Shown: positions 10,456 to 21,087, counted from the first letter of the stretch. The stretch is 64,000 nt of DNA from an uncultured candidate division Zixibacteria bacterium (GCA_963735035.1 CAVTJJ010000004.1:800001-864000), one strand, 5' to 3'. The notes: generated from the letters alone by a model not told the origin. Program-made: numbers and translations.

Positions 10456-12260
10456 TGGCGGTCGAGAATTTCCACGAAGAAGAAGCTCTCGGCAAGGCGT
10501 ACGATGCCCGCCTGATGAAACGTCTGCTCGCCTACCTTCGGCCATATCGGGGCGCGGTCGCCCTGGCCGGTGTGCTGCTGTTGCTCGTGTCGCTCCTGCA
10601 GATTGCCATACCCCGGTTGATTCAGTTGGCCATCGACGATCACATAGCCACCGGCGATCTGCAGGGTTTGAATCGACTCGCTCTGATGTTTCTGGCCGTG
10701 CTGCTGGCCGGAGCGGCCGTTCGCTATGCCCAGACCTACCTGACCATGTGGTTGGGACAGAAGGTCCTGCATGACATCCGTACACAAGTGTTTTCGCATC
10801 TGCAGACGCTTCATCTGGGTTACTTTGACAGCAACCCGGTGGGTCGTATGGTGACCCGGGTCACATCGGACGTCAACACGCTCGATGAAATGTTCTCAGC
10901 CGGTGTAGTCACTATCCTTGGTGACCTGTTCACTCTGGCGCTCATTGTTGGCGCTCTCATGTACTACAACTGGGAGCTGGCGCTGATAACTCTGGCGGTG
11001 GTGCCGCTGTTGGTCGCGGCGACGTTCGTGTTCAGAGCGAAAGTCCGCGATGTCTACCGCGATGTCCGCCTCCGGGTGGCCCGCATAAACGCCTTCCTGC
11101 AGGAGCATATCACCGGTATCAAAGTGGTGCAACTGTTCAATCGGGAAGAAATCACCAATCGTAAGTTCGACGAAATCAACCTCAGCCTGCGCACGGCCAA
11201 TTTCAGATCGATCTACTACTATGCCGTGTTCTTTCCGGCCGTAGAAGTTATCGGCACTCTGGCTATTGGGTTGGTGCTGTATTATGGTGGCTTTCGCATC
11301 GAATCCGGTGTGCTGACGTTCGGTGAACTGGTTGCTTTCCTGACACTCGTGGAAATGTTCTATCGCCCGATTCGCGATCTATCCGAGAAGTACAACATCT
11401 TGCAGGCATCGATGGCCTCCTCGGAACGGATATTCAACCTGCTCGACACGAAACCTCTGATCGTGTCCACCGGTGCCCCGCGCGATTTGCCGCAAGTGCG
11501 TGGCCGCATTGAAATCAAGAACCTATGGTTTGCTTACAATGATGACGACTGGGTGCTGAAGAATCTCTCTTTCACGGTCGAGCCGGGCCAGAAAATCGCC
11601 ATTGTCGGCGCCACCGGAGCCGGTAAGAGTTCGCTCGTGTCGTTGTTGTATCGGTTCTACGACTTCCAGCGCGGTTCGATCAAGCTTGATGGGGTAGAGT
11701 TGCGCGATCTGTCGGTCGACCAGCTTCGCGGTCGCATGGCCCTCGTGTTGCAGGACGTGTTCCTGTTCAGCGGCGATATCGCGGGCAACGTGAGATTACG
11801 CACAGAATCGATTACTGACGACGAGGTCCGTCAGGCTTTGACTCGGGTCGGGTTCGATCGTTTCATGCGCCGTTTTGGCGATGATGTCCACGCGGAGATA
11901 CGGGAACGAGGCGCGACCCTCTCAACCGGCCAGAAACAACTGCTTTCGTTTGCGCGGGCGTTGGCCTTCAATCCGGAAATTCTGGTGCTTGACGAGGCTA
12001 CCAGTTCGGTGGACACGGAGACCGAGAGAATCATTCAGTCGGCGCTGGAAGAACTGATGCGGGGGCGGACCTCGATAGTCGTGGCGCACCGCCTCTCAAC
12101 CATCGAGAAGGCGGATCGGATCATAGTTCTGCACCACGGCGAACTGCGTGAATCGGGAACCCACGATGAACTGCTCAAGATGCAAGGCATTTACTATAAG
12201 CTCTATCAACTTCAGTATCGTCGTCAGGTGTTGCCGCCGGTCGACGTACCTACGGATTAA
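10455..12260 (+). CDS. ABC exporter, fused TMD-NBD (MdlB-like), heterodimer partner
   Basis: GATGAGKS, LSTGQKQL, LDEATSSVD, AHRLST; stop/start overlap with the upstream gene. Confidence 0.93.
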   Translation: MAVENFHEEEALGKAYDARLMKRLLAYLRPYRGAVALAGVLLLLVSLLQIAIPRLIQLAIDDHIATGDLQGLNRLALMFLAVLLAGAAVRYAQTYLTMWLGQKVLHDIRTQVFSHLQTLHLGYFDSNPVGRMVTRVTSDVNTLDEMFSAGVVTILGDLFTLALIVGALMYYNWELALITLAVVPLLVAATFVFRAKVRDVYRDVRLRVARINAFLQEHITGIKVVQLFNREEITNRKFDEINLSLRTANFRSIYYYAVFFPAVEVIGTLAIGLVLYYGGFRIESGVLTFGELVAFLTLVEMFYRPIRDLSEKYNILQASMASSERIFNLLDTKPLIVSTGAPRDLPQVRGRIEIKNLWFAYNDDDWVLKNLSFTVEPGQKIAIVGATGAGKSSLVSLLYRFYDFQRGSIKLDGVELRDLSVDQLRGRMALVLQDVFLFSGDIAGNVRLRTESITDDEVRQALTRVGFDRFMRRFGDDVHAEIRERGATLSTGQKQLLSFARALAFNPEILVLDEATSSVDTETERIIQSALEELMRGRTSIVVAHRLSTIEKADRIIVLHHGELRESGTHDELLKMQGIYYKLYQLQYRRQVLPPVDVPTD

Positions 12261-12263
12261 TCT

Positions 12264-13064
12264 ATGACAGAACGCGAAATCAAAGCCGCCACGCGATTCG
12301 CCTGTGAATTGGCCTGCGATGCCGCCGCCGTCCTCAAGAAGGGATTCAATCAGCCACGTAAGATTACTTACAAGGGGCGTATCGATCCGGTGACGGAATA
12401 CGATGTCAAAGCCGAGAAGTTGATAGCCGGGCGAATCGGCAAGCGCTATCCCCGGCATGAGATTCTCGCTGAGGAAGGAAGCGAATCCGGCACGAGATCG
12501 GAATATCGCTGGGTGGTCGATCCCCTCGACGGCACGGTCAATTTTGCTCATGGTTTCCCTATATACTGTGTGTCGATCGCGTTGCAGCAGGACGGCAAGA
12601 GCATCGTAGGGGCGGTTTGTGATCCGGAACGGGATGAACTTTTCTGGGGCGCCAAAGGATCCGGTGCCTGGCTTAACAAGAAGGCGATCCGAGTCAGTCA
12701 GGAACGACGCCTGGACAGGGCCTTGTTGGCCACCGGGTTCGCGTATGATATCGGCACCGCCCGTCGCAACAACCTGGGGTTGTTTGCCCGGATGGCCCGT
12801 CAGGCTCAAGGGATTAGACGACCAGGGTCGGCTGCGATAGACCTCTGCTGGCTGGCTTGTGGACGGGTCGACGGTTTCTGGGAACTGAAACTTCACCCCT
12901 GGGACACCGCCGCCGCAACGCTTCTGGTCGAGAATGCGGGGGGGAAGATCAGCCGGGTAAATGGGCGTCCGTATTCGGTCTTCGACCCCGATCTTCTGGC
13001 CTCCAACGGCCTGATTCACCCGGCTATGCAGAAGGTGTTATACCACGGAAAGACCAAGTCATGA
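12264..13064 (+). CDS. suhB: Inositol monophosphatase family protein
   Basis: EE, WVVDPLDGTVNF, GSAAIDLC, WDTAA. Confidence 0.9.
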   Translation: MTEREIKAATRFACELACDAAAVLKKGFNQPRKITYKGRIDPVTEYDVKAEKLIAGRIGKRYPRHEILAEEGSESGTRSEYRWVVDPLDGTVNFAHGFPIYCVSIALQQDGKSIVGAVCDPERDELFWGAKGSGAWLNKKAIRVSQERRLDRALLATGFAYDIGTARRNNLGLFARMARQAQGIRRPGSAAIDLCWLACGRVDGFWELKLHPWDTAAATLLVENAGGKISRVNGRPYSVFDPDLLASNGLIHPAMQKVLYHGKTKS

Positions 13065-13097
13065 CGCTCAGAGCGCCAATATCGCCCGTTTCCGCGC

Positions 13098-13126
13098 TTG
13101 TGGAAACTTCTGTAAGAGCGTAACAT
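13098..13126 (+). promoter_or_regulatory. Putative sigma70 promoter for glmS
   Basis: TTGTGG-N17-TAACAT. Confidence 0.45.
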
Positions 13127-13141
13127 ATAAGGATCAAAGCG

Positions 13142-13377
13142 GGTCTTCTGGATGATTTGGGACAAGGCATGGAACAAGGAAAGAATCCATTCGTTGAAGC
13201 TGACAGTGGCTCGAGGCGCTGTCTCCGTCTCAAAATCAAAGAAGACCGGCCCGGGTTACGTAACTCATGTATCAGGTCGATATTCAGACTTATGAGCCAT
13301 ATTTTGGGTTAAGAAATGACTGATGAATCGTAACGGCGCGGCCGTCGGTTCATCGGAAAGCACGGAGTGTTCCGATG
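13142..13377 (+). promoter_or_regulatory. Structured 5' leader of glmS (candidate cis-regulatory RNA)
   Basis: Three-way-junction-like pairing 13142-13247 and two mutually exclusive hairpins at the RBS/start. Confidence 0.45.
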
Positions 13378-15201
13378 TGTGGTATTGTTGGTTATGTCGG
13401 TCCGAAGAAGGCCCAGCCGATTCTCATGAACGGCTTGAAGCGGCTCGAATACCGGGGGTATGATTCCGCCGGCATAGCGCTGCTGAGCGAAACCGGTCTG
13501 ATGATTTCCCGCTCGGTCGGCAAGATCAAGAATTTGGAAGCTGCCCTCGGTGACCATGAGTACAAGGCCACCCACGGGATTGCTCATACTCGCTGGGCCA
13601 CTCACGGTGAGCCGAATGAAACCAATGCCCACCCCCACACCGACAACAATTACGAAATCGCGCTTGTCCATAACGGCATCATCGAAAACTATCGCGCCAT
13701 AAGGGAATTTCTCTCCCGCAAGGGAGTGATCTTTCGTTCTCAGACCGACACCGAAGTACTCGTGCAACTGGTCGCGTATAACTACGCCGGCGACCTTACT
13801 GAGGCTGTTCGTAACGCTCTGACTCAAGTGGAAGGTACTTACGGCATAGCGGTCATTTCCGCCCGTCACCCCGGCATCATCGTGGCGGCACGTATGGGAT
13901 CACCGCTGGTGATCGGTCACGGCGATCACGAGAATCTGGTGGCGTCCGATGTCTCCGCGATGCTCGAACATACTAATCGAGTGGTCTATCTCGAGGACGG
14001 CGAAATTGCGACCGTTTCGGCCGAAGACTACCGCATTACCACCATTGGGAACGTCAAGATTACTCCATCGGTCGAAGAAATAAGCTGGACGCTCGACGAG
14101 ATCGAAAAGAGTGGTTTCGATCATTTCATGCTCAAGGAGATTCACGAGCAGCCGAATTCGTTGCGTAACGCCATCCGTGGCCGTCTCAACCATGAAGACG
14201 GCATCGCGCGACTGAGCGGTCTGAATCTCCAGTACGACGAACTTCGACGGATCAAGCGGGTCATAATCACCGCCTGTGGTACGTCATTTCACGCCGGACT
14301 GATCGGCGAGTACATGATCGAAGAGATCGCACGCGTGCCGGTCGAAGTCGAATATGCGTCGGAATTCCGCTATCGCTCGCCGATCATCGATGAGAACACG
14401 CTCATGTTTGCGATCAGCCAGTCAGGCGAGACTGCAGATACTTTGGCGGCCATGCGCGAGGCGCGGCAACTTGGTGCGACGGTCCTGGGCCTGGTAAACG
14501 TGGTCGGATCGACCATTGCTCGCGAATCCGACGGCGGTGTGTATCTGCACGCCGGGCCGGAAATCGGGGTGGCGTCGACCAAAGCGTTCACGGCGCAGGT
14601 AATTGTGCTGGCGATGATTGCCAACCTGCTCGGTCGGATGCGCACGTACTCAGTTCAGCAGGGTCACGAATTCATTCACGCCATAGAGCAGATTCCGAGC
14701 CAGATCGAATCGATTCTGGCCAATACCGAACATATCAAAGAAGTCGCCCGGCTTCACTATAAGGCGAACAATTTCCTGTATCTCGGACGTGGCATCAACT
14801 ATCCGGTCGCACTCGAAGGGGCATTGAAGCTCAAGGAAATCTCGTATGTGCACGCCGAGGGATATCCCGCGGCCGAGATGAAACACGGCCCGATCGCTCT
14901 AATCGACGAGAACATGCCGGTCGTGGTGCTCGCATTGCGCGACCCGATCTACGACAAGGTGATGTCCAACATTGCCGAGATCAAAGCGCGCAACGGTCGT
15001 GTGATTGCGATTGCGACGCAGGGTGACAACGAAATTCAGGAGCGGGCGGACCATGTGATTTATATTCCTCCGACCGACCGTTTGCTCACGCCGTTGTTGA
15101 GCGTGGTGCCGTTGCAGCTGTTGGCGTATCATATCGCGGTCATGCGTGGCTGTGATGTGGATCAACCACGCAACCTGGCCAAATCCGTAACGGTGGAATA
15201 G
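13375..15201 (+). CDS. glmS: Glutamine-fructose-6-phosphate aminotransferase
   Basis: MCGIVG, LEYRGYDSAG, HTRWATHG, SQSGET, PRNLAKSVTVE. Confidence 0.98.
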   Translation: MCGIVGYVGPKKAQPILMNGLKRLEYRGYDSAGIALLSETGLMISRSVGKIKNLEAALGDHEYKATHGIAHTRWATHGEPNETNAHPHTDNNYEIALVHNGIIENYRAIREFLSRKGVIFRSQTDTEVLVQLVAYNYAGDLTEAVRNALTQVEGTYGIAVISARHPGIIVAARMGSPLVIGHGDHENLVASDVSAMLEHTNRVVYLEDGEIATVSAEDYRITTIGNVKITPSVEEISWTLDEIEKSGFDHFMLKEIHEQPNSLRNAIRGRLNHEDGIARLSGLNLQYDELRRIKRVIITACGTSFHAGLIGEYMIEEIARVPVEVEYASEFRYRSPIIDENTLMFAISQSGETADTLAAMREARQLGATVLGLVNVVGSTIARESDGGVYLHAGPEIGVASTKAFTAQVIVLAMIANLLGRMRTYSVQQGHEFIHAIEQIPSQIESILANTEHIKEVARLHYKANNFLYLGRGINYPVALEGALKLKEISYVHAEGYPAAEMKHGPIALIDENMPVVVLALRDPIYDKVMSNIAEIKARNGRVIAIATQGDNEIQERADHVIYIPPTDRLLTPLLSVVPLQLLAYHIAVMRGCDVDQPRNLAKSVTVE

Positions 15202-15219
15202 GCTAAGAACGTCGGTCTT

Positions 15220-15745
15220 GTCCCGCGCCCCTGTCTGTCTTGCCCCGCTTTAGGCGGGGCATCCAAGAATATCAAATCGGCAGGCCTCAGGGCCTGCCGA
15301 TTTATTGTTTGGGGGAGGAACTTCGTAGGTCGGGACCCTTGTGGTCCCGACATTGTCGGTGCGAGTGATTATCAAATTACGACGGCCGCCAGGCCGTCAC
15401 ACCCGCGAAGGCGGGTGCCTATGTGCAAAGTCGATGGGAGAAGAGGATAGAGGAGAAAGTTACGGGGCGATTGATAGAGAGATCCTTTGAAACTGAAGGA
15501 CGTCTGACTCAGACAATTGCGTCTATCGGGCGACTTTCTCTACAGTAAGATTTTCATCTTCTGCAAACGCGAGTGGTCATGGGTGCCCGACTACTCGGGC
15601 ATGACGAAGAAGAGATGTTTGGCTATCAAACGCCGACATGTATCCCCTAATTCCCTCGCTATCCATCTTATCTGGGGCTACGGGGTATGGTTCGCTCGCA
15701 GATAACAAATCGGCAGGCCTCAAGGCCTGCCGATTATTGTTTGGT
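15220..15745. repeat. Intergenic cluster of several REP-like palindrome families
   Basis: GCCCCGCTTTAGGCGGGGC (about 15242), ATCGGCAGGCC..GGCCTGCCGAT twice (about 15276, 15709), GTAGGTCGGGACC..GGTCCCGAC (about 15325), CACCCGCGAAGGCGGGTG (about 15399), TGCCCGACTACTCGGGCA (about 15584). Confidence 0.85.
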
Positions 15746-15774
15746 GAGCAGAAGGCCGCTCCTTCAGGATTGGT

Positions 15775-18090
15775 CTAGAACTCGTACTCGACACCGAACA
15801 CCGGGAGCATCGTCCACTGGTTCAGAGTACTCTGATGTTTGCCAATTTCGTTCCAGTAATACTGAGCCACGTTCTTGCGGTTGTAGACGTTCCATACCGA
15901 GAGATACGCGACCAGGTTGGATCCTTTGAAGCTGAACCGGCGGTCACACCTGAGATTGAGTGAATGGTAGGCGGGGTAGCGCGATTCATTGACGCGGTCC
16001 TCATCAAGGACCGACCGATTTATCAACTGTGACGCTTCCAGGTCGAGCGGAGTATAAGGCGCCCCGCCGGCGAAGATCCACCGGGTCGAGAACTCCCATC
16101 GATTGTTGGGCTTGTAGCCCCCTTCGACACTGAACAGAAGTCGGTTGTCGTAAATGCGGTCGCGCCAGATGCCGTCCAGACCCTTGTACTCAGACTTGAA
16201 GTACGAACCGCTGACCAAACCATACGTGCCCTCGACCAGCTTCTTCTGCAGCGTTGCTTCGACGCCGTAGGCTCTGGCCTTGCCGATGTCCTGAAGATTC
16301 TCATAGTTACCCATGAAACCGCGTATGACCAGTTCGTCAACCACGAACAGTTGTGGCTGGTCGGGGTCAACCGGGAAGTGGTCGTAGGATTTGTAGTAGC
16401 CCTCAACCGTTAGCTTGGTGTTCTCGGTCACGAGGTGACTGATCCCCGCCACGGCATGATAGGCGACCGGGTCACGCAGCTCTTTGTTGCGACTGTGCTG
16501 AGTGAGCAGGACGAGCGGCAGGTTCTGATAGTAGATGCCGGTTGCCGCATTCAACGCCGTCCGATCGGTCAGACGATAGACGAGAGCCAGTCGCGGTGAC
16601 ACGCTGGAGTGATCGTTATATTCGAAATAGTCATAGCGGAGACCGACGGTGGTTGACAATCGGCTGGACGGGCTCGCCGTCAGGTTGACAAAGAGTCCCG
16701 CCCTGGGTGAACGCGGTCGTTCCGCTACAACCAGCGGAGGTACGGTATCACCGATTGGGTTGGTGTATTCTGCGACTCTGAGATTGTAGTTGTCGAAGAA
16801 GTACTTGGTGTCAAAGCCGAACTCGAAATGGCTGGATTCGTTCAACAGAAGGGTGTTGACGTTTCTCACCTGCGCCGAACTTAAAGTGCTGTTTTCGACC
16901 GAAAGGGGAATGTCCGACTTGGTTTCGTTGAAGGTACCGTTATAGTCGGTCGACAGCATGGAAACCGAGGTATTGGAGTACCCCTTACGACCCCATAAGT
17001 AGCGCCAGTTGACTCCGGTGGCGAATTCTGAACCCTTGTACGTTCCGTAGAAGATCAGGCTGTCATCGATCGCCTGCTTCCGTTCGAACGTGATCGCATC
17101 GACGCCCGCAACGCCCAGAAAAGTCAATTGGTGGGAGGCATTCAGATCGTACACCAGCTTGCCCTGGTAGTCACTGTAGCGCGGGGCCACCCCGGTTCCG
17201 ATCGCGTCCACCAGAAGGTCGAGAAACGAACGTCGGACCGAGAGCATCCACGAACCCTTGCCATGGGCAATGGGGCCCTCGCCCGTAAACCCGGCTCCGG
17301 CGAAATCAAGCATCAATTGGCCGTCGAATTCCTCGCGGTTGCCCTCGCGAAAGGATATATCCATGATCGACGACAGGCGATCGCCGTAGGCGGCCGAGAA
17401 CCCACCGGCCGAAAAAGACACGTCTCGAACGAAATCGACGTTGAGCAGGCCGATCGGCCCACCCGAGGAACCCTCGAGAGGATAGTGGTTTATATTCGGA
17501 ATTTCGATGTTGTCCAAATAGAAACCGTTTTCGGTTGGGGTGCCGCCACGGACAATCATACTGTTGAGCTGATCGTTGACCTTCGCGATACTCGGCAGGG
17601 TCGCCACGATACGGCTGACGTCGCCGGCCGTGCCGGGCGAGCGCCGGACTTCTTCGCCGGAGAATTCCGTCGTGCTGGTCGGCTGCCAGGGCTTTTCGGA
17701 AAAGTAATCCGCCGTGACCGACATGCCCTTGATTTCCACCGACCGACTCACCAGTTCCGCTTGCACAAACGTGATTCGCTTAGGCCTGACAATTACATCA
17801 GATTGGGATATCCGCTCGTAAGCGACACCGCTGATGGTCAGCGAGTAACTTCCGACTGGGACGTCGGCGATGCGAAAATCGCCCGTTTCGTCGGTGGCGG
17901 CGCCCAGGCGCGTGCCGACCACGAGCACCGACGCGCCAATCACCGGCGCCTGGTTGACGGCCTCGACCACGCGGCCTTTGATCGTGCCGGTTGAACCGGG
18001 CTGGCTATCGTTGGCTGAGACCGAAACGGCTGTCAAAGTCGAAAGGGCAATTAGAAACAAGCATAATGGGACCGACTTACTGATAAACAT
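15775..18090 (-). CDS. TonB-dependent receptor with N-terminal carboxypeptidase-regulatory-like domain
   Basis: Signal peptide, GTIKGRV..GASV, plug region (IVRGG, GGFSAAYGDRLSS), NVYN, terminal aromatic F. Confidence 0.88.
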   Translation of the reverse strand: MFISKSVPLCLFLIALSTLTAVSVSANDSQPGSTGTIKGRVVEAVNQAPVIGASVLVVGTRLGAATDETGDFRIADVPVGSYSLTISGVAYERISQSDVIVRPKRITFVQAELVSRSVEIKGMSVTADYFSEKPWQPTSTTEFSGEEVRRSPGTAGDVSRIVATLPSIAKVNDQLNSMIVRGGTPTENGFYLDNIEIPNINHYPLEGSSGGPIGLLNVDFVRDVSFSAGGFSAAYGDRLSSIMDISFREGNREEFDGQLMLDFAGAGFTGEGPIAHGKGSWMLSVRRSFLDLLVDAIGTGVAPRYSDYQGKLVYDLNASHQLTFLGVAGVDAITFERKQAIDDSLIFYGTYKGSEFATGVNWRYLWGRKGYSNTSVSMLSTDYNGTFNETKSDIPLSVENSTLSSAQVRNVNTLLLNESSHFEFGFDTKYFFDNYNLRVAEYTNPIGDTVPPLVVAERPRSPRAGLFVNLTASPSSRLSTTVGLRYDYFEYNDHSSVSPRLALVYRLTDRTALNAATGIYYQNLPLVLLTQHSRNKELRDPVAYHAVAGISHLVTENTKLTVEGYYKSYDHFPVDPDQPQLFVVDELVIRGFMGNYENLQDIGKARAYGVEATLQKKLVEGTYGLVSGSYFKSEYKGLDGIWRDRIYDNRLLFSVEGGYKPNNRWEFSTRWIFAGGAPYTPLDLEASQLINRSVLDEDRVNESRYPAYHSLNLRCDRRFSFKGSNLVAYLSVWNVYNRKNVAQYYWNEIGKHQSTLNQWTMLPVFGVEYEF

Positions 18091-18124
18091 CTTTCAAGAC
18101 ACCTTCTGTGAATTGTTATTCCGC

Positions 18125-18154
18125 ATGTGACGAATACTGAGGACCGAAGTTTCA
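18125..18154 (-). promoter_or_regulatory. Putative ECF-sigma promoter
   Basis: TGAAAC-N16-CGTC on the minus strand; a second similar copy at 18385-18413. Confidence 0.45.
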
Positions 18155-18614
18155 AATTTTCTTTCCAAGTAACCTATTTCGTAGCATTCCAGGATTTGTG
18201 CGCGACGATGCCCAGCGAAGTTATCACTTACTTACATCTGGAGCTTTGGCGAAACGGTGGGTAGCAGTTGACTTGTAAGCTTGTCGCCAAACAATTACAA
18301 ACAATCGTCTTGCGTTATATCCGCACAGGCCGAGCCAGGTGTGGTCGACGGATAACCGTTCGACAATCCGGCCTTCTTGTCTCTATGTGACAGATGAAAC
18401 CGGAAGAAGTTGCTTGTTCATCTTATCCGTGCCACCGCGGCAGGGGGGGACTCGATTCCAGCAGGTCCGGCTTCTAGGAGTGTAGCGAATCGAAAGACTA
18501 GAAACCGACATCCTCCACCAAAGTGAGCCCAGACTCAATAGGGGCAGGAGGACAAAGAACTGTTGCTAAGTGATGTGGCGGATTGCGCAGACCTTTGATA
18601 ACGGTCTGCGCAGA

Positions 18615-19466
18615 TCAGCTATTCCCCTTTGTCTCGGAAGGCCAATTAGGCAGCCGATCGTCTCCACGAAAGGCTTCAAGCTGATTGCCGACCGAGGCGT
18701 GAGATTCTCCGAGCTCAAGATGGAAGGCATCTATAACAAGACCAGTGATAATGAGATAGCAACGAACAACCTCCAGAATCAAGGCCAGCGCGTCGGACGT
18801 CTCAAATCTGGGCCCGAAGGCTTTCTCATTCGGGTCAAAGTAGTGAAGCATATCATCGATACTTCCATGAGTTGATGCAGAAAACAGCTTATAGCAGATG
18901 CGATAGTCTGTTCCAAGCCCGGACTTGTCAGCCATGTCACTGATGTGAAGGCCTGACCACGAAGACAGATTCGGTTTCCCCTTTGAATCCTTCTCAAAAA
19001 GATGCACTCGTTCAAGGAAGTTCTTCCTCGCATCATCCGCAAACAATCTCACGGCGTCCTTGAGAGAATCTTGATAACCTTCGTCGTTTAGAACAAGCTC
19101 TGTCGTCTTCTTGGACAACACAGTCCAGTAGTACCAATACTGGTACTGCCGCTTCTCGATATCTAGACTCATGTATTTCAAGTTGATTGCGATATCAAGA
19201 ATCTTCCGCGCAAGGGCCTTTGCGTCTCCGACAAGACCGGCATCCACAAGTTTGGCAGAGGAGATAAGAGTGTCAGAGGCTTTTAGGAGATTGAACGCGT
19301 ATATGTAGTGAGCGGGCGAAAGATCGCCTTCCTTGAACTGATGATCACCAAGATTCTGCGATATTACGTCTCCGAGAGTCAAGCATTGCTCCATCAGTCC
19401 CATGAAATCGTCTGCCCGCACCCCCAAATCACGTCTGTAGGACAGAATAGAATAGCCCATTGTCAC
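18615..19466 (-). CDS. Hypothetical protein, DUF5677-like
   Basis: A..LAR...DIAINLKY and WSG..I..MA..SGL...Y...Y...S...HG pattern; lower GC than its neighbours. Confidence 0.6.
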   Translation of the reverse strand: MTMGYSILSYRRDLGVRADDFMGLMEQCLTLGDVISQNLGDHQFKEGDLSPAHYIYAFNLLKASDTLISSAKLVDAGLVGDAKALARKILDIAINLKYMSLDIEKRQYQYWYYWTVLSKKTTELVLNDEGYQDSLKDAVRLFADDARKNFLERVHLFEKDSKGKPNLSSWSGLHISDMADKSGLGTDYRICYKLFSASTHGSIDDMLHYFDPNEKAFGPRFETSDALALILEVVRCYLIITGLVIDAFHLELGESHASVGNQLEAFRGDDRLPNWPSETKGNS

Positions 19467-20666
19467 CCCTCCACCTTCGGCAACTCGCGCTCCAGCTCTT
19501 TGTCCTCGCGGAAACCCAGCACATAGTCGGCCTGCATCAGCGTGTGCATCTCGCGGGTACCCTCATAGATCGATGCCCCCTTCGAGTTGCGATAGAATCG
19601 CTCCACCGGATACTCATCCGAGAACCCATACGCCCCGAACACCTGCACCGCGTTCGCGGCGGACGGCTTCGGCCTCGCGGCAGGCGATCCACTTGGCCAG
19701 CGAGGTTTCTCGCGTGTTTCGCTTTCCCTGATTCTTCAACCAGCCCGCTTTCAGCCAGAGCAACTCCGACATCTCATACCCCGCCTCCATGTTGGCGATC
19801 ATCTGCTTGACCAACTGGTGCTCGGCGATATTCTGACCGAACGTCTTCCGCTCGAACGCATACTTCACACAGGCGTCGCGACAGGCACGAATCAACCCGC
19901 ACGACCCGGCCGCGACCGTGTAGCGCCCCTGATCGAGACAGAACATGGCGATCTTGAACCCCTGGCCTTCGCCGTAGACCAGATTTTCTTTCGGCACCCG
20001 GACATCCATGAACGCGATCTAGCCGGTATTGCCGGCGCGTACCCCCAGCTTGCCGTGGATCGTGGCGGTGGTCAGACCGGCCATGCCGCGCTCGACAATG
20101 AACGCCGACAGGCCGCTGTGGTCACGTTTCTTCTTCTTTTCGAGATCGGTCCAGGCGAAAACGAGGAAATAGTCGGCCATGTCCGCCAGCGAAATCCACA
20201 TCTTTTCGCCGTTCAGGACGTAATGGTTGCCGTCGCGTACCGCGGTCGTCTGAATCCCGACCACATCCGACCCGGCGGCGGGTTCGGTCAGGCCAAACGT
20301 GCCGAGTTTCTCGCCCTTGGCGCACGGCACCAGATACTTCTGCTTTTGCTCTTCGTTCGCCCAGGTCAGGATCGGGAGGGAGTAGAGGCCGATATGGACA
20401 GACAAAATAACCCGCGCGCCAGTATCTCCGTATTCGAGTTCCTCGGACGCCAGCCCTAGCGAAATATAGTCGGTTCCAAGGCCGCCGTACTGTTCGGGCA
20501 CACAGAATCCGAGCAGGTTGGCGTCGGCCATGGCGGGGATGAGGCCCGGGTTCGGTTTCTGGGCGCGGTCGTATTCGGTGATTTTGGGGATTACGACTTT
20601 GCGGGCGATTTCACGGGCGATGTCGCGCACCATCAACTGGTTTTCGGTGTACGAGAAGTCTATCAT
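19463..20666 (-). pseudogene. Acyl-CoA dehydrogenase interrupted by an in-frame TAG (20019-20021) and a frameshift (about 19660)
   Basis: FGLTEPAAGSD, LNGEKMWIS, RKTFGQ, QVFGAYG, IYEGT distributed over three ORF pieces. Confidence 0.85.
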
Positions 20667-20767
20667 ACCAATTTGGTCTCCTTTTCGGTCGAGCCGAGGG
20701 CCGTAAGAGTGCCCGGTCCGCCGCGGCGGATCCACATCTGCCGGTTAATGACCTGCCGCTACAATTT

Positions 20768-20996
20768 GGTACCCCACAGCTTGCTGTGGGGCCGCTTGCT
20801 GGTCGCTGCCATATCGAACAACCCACAGCAAGCTGTGGGGTACCCATCTGCCCGGCCACCGTCGGCAATACCCAGGCCTGTCCGACTATACCAAGGGCCG
20901 CTATCAGGTGGCTGCCATATCAAACAACCCACAGCAAGCTGTGGGGTACCCATCTGCTCTCCCACCTTCGGCGAGCCCGAGGCCTGTCCGACTATA
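20768..20996. repeat. CCCACAGC-AA-GCTGTGGG palindrome family, including a ~116-bp tandem duplication
   Basis: Copies at about 20768, 20820, 20927; also near 37974 and 53265. Confidence 0.85.
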
Positions 20997-21087
20997 GCAG
21001 AAACCATCGCGGCGGTCAATTGATCCCGCAGTTGCCCGGCCGATCCGATTTGCTTATACTGACCCCGTCGAAAGGTACACCGCATAC

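Noticed and set aside
13065..13374. glmS ribozyme
   Set aside because: AGCGCC occurs at about 13072, but the downstream GACGAGG core and the ribozyme pairing pattern are not present
18420..18520. tRNA or tRNA-like element (CTCGATTCC resembles a T-loop)
   Set aside because: No cloverleaf or acceptor stem could be built; no tRNA or rRNA was recognised anywhere in the window
20019..20021. Genome-wide TAG reassignment or pyrrolysine
   Set aside because: TAG terminates intact fabD, fabG, fabF, glmS, hbd, crt, dnaE and groEL, and the same gene also has a frameshift
20768..20996. CRISPR array
   Set aside because: Only 2-3 palindromes, the intervening sequences are similar to each other, the period is about 116 bp, and no cas genes are present
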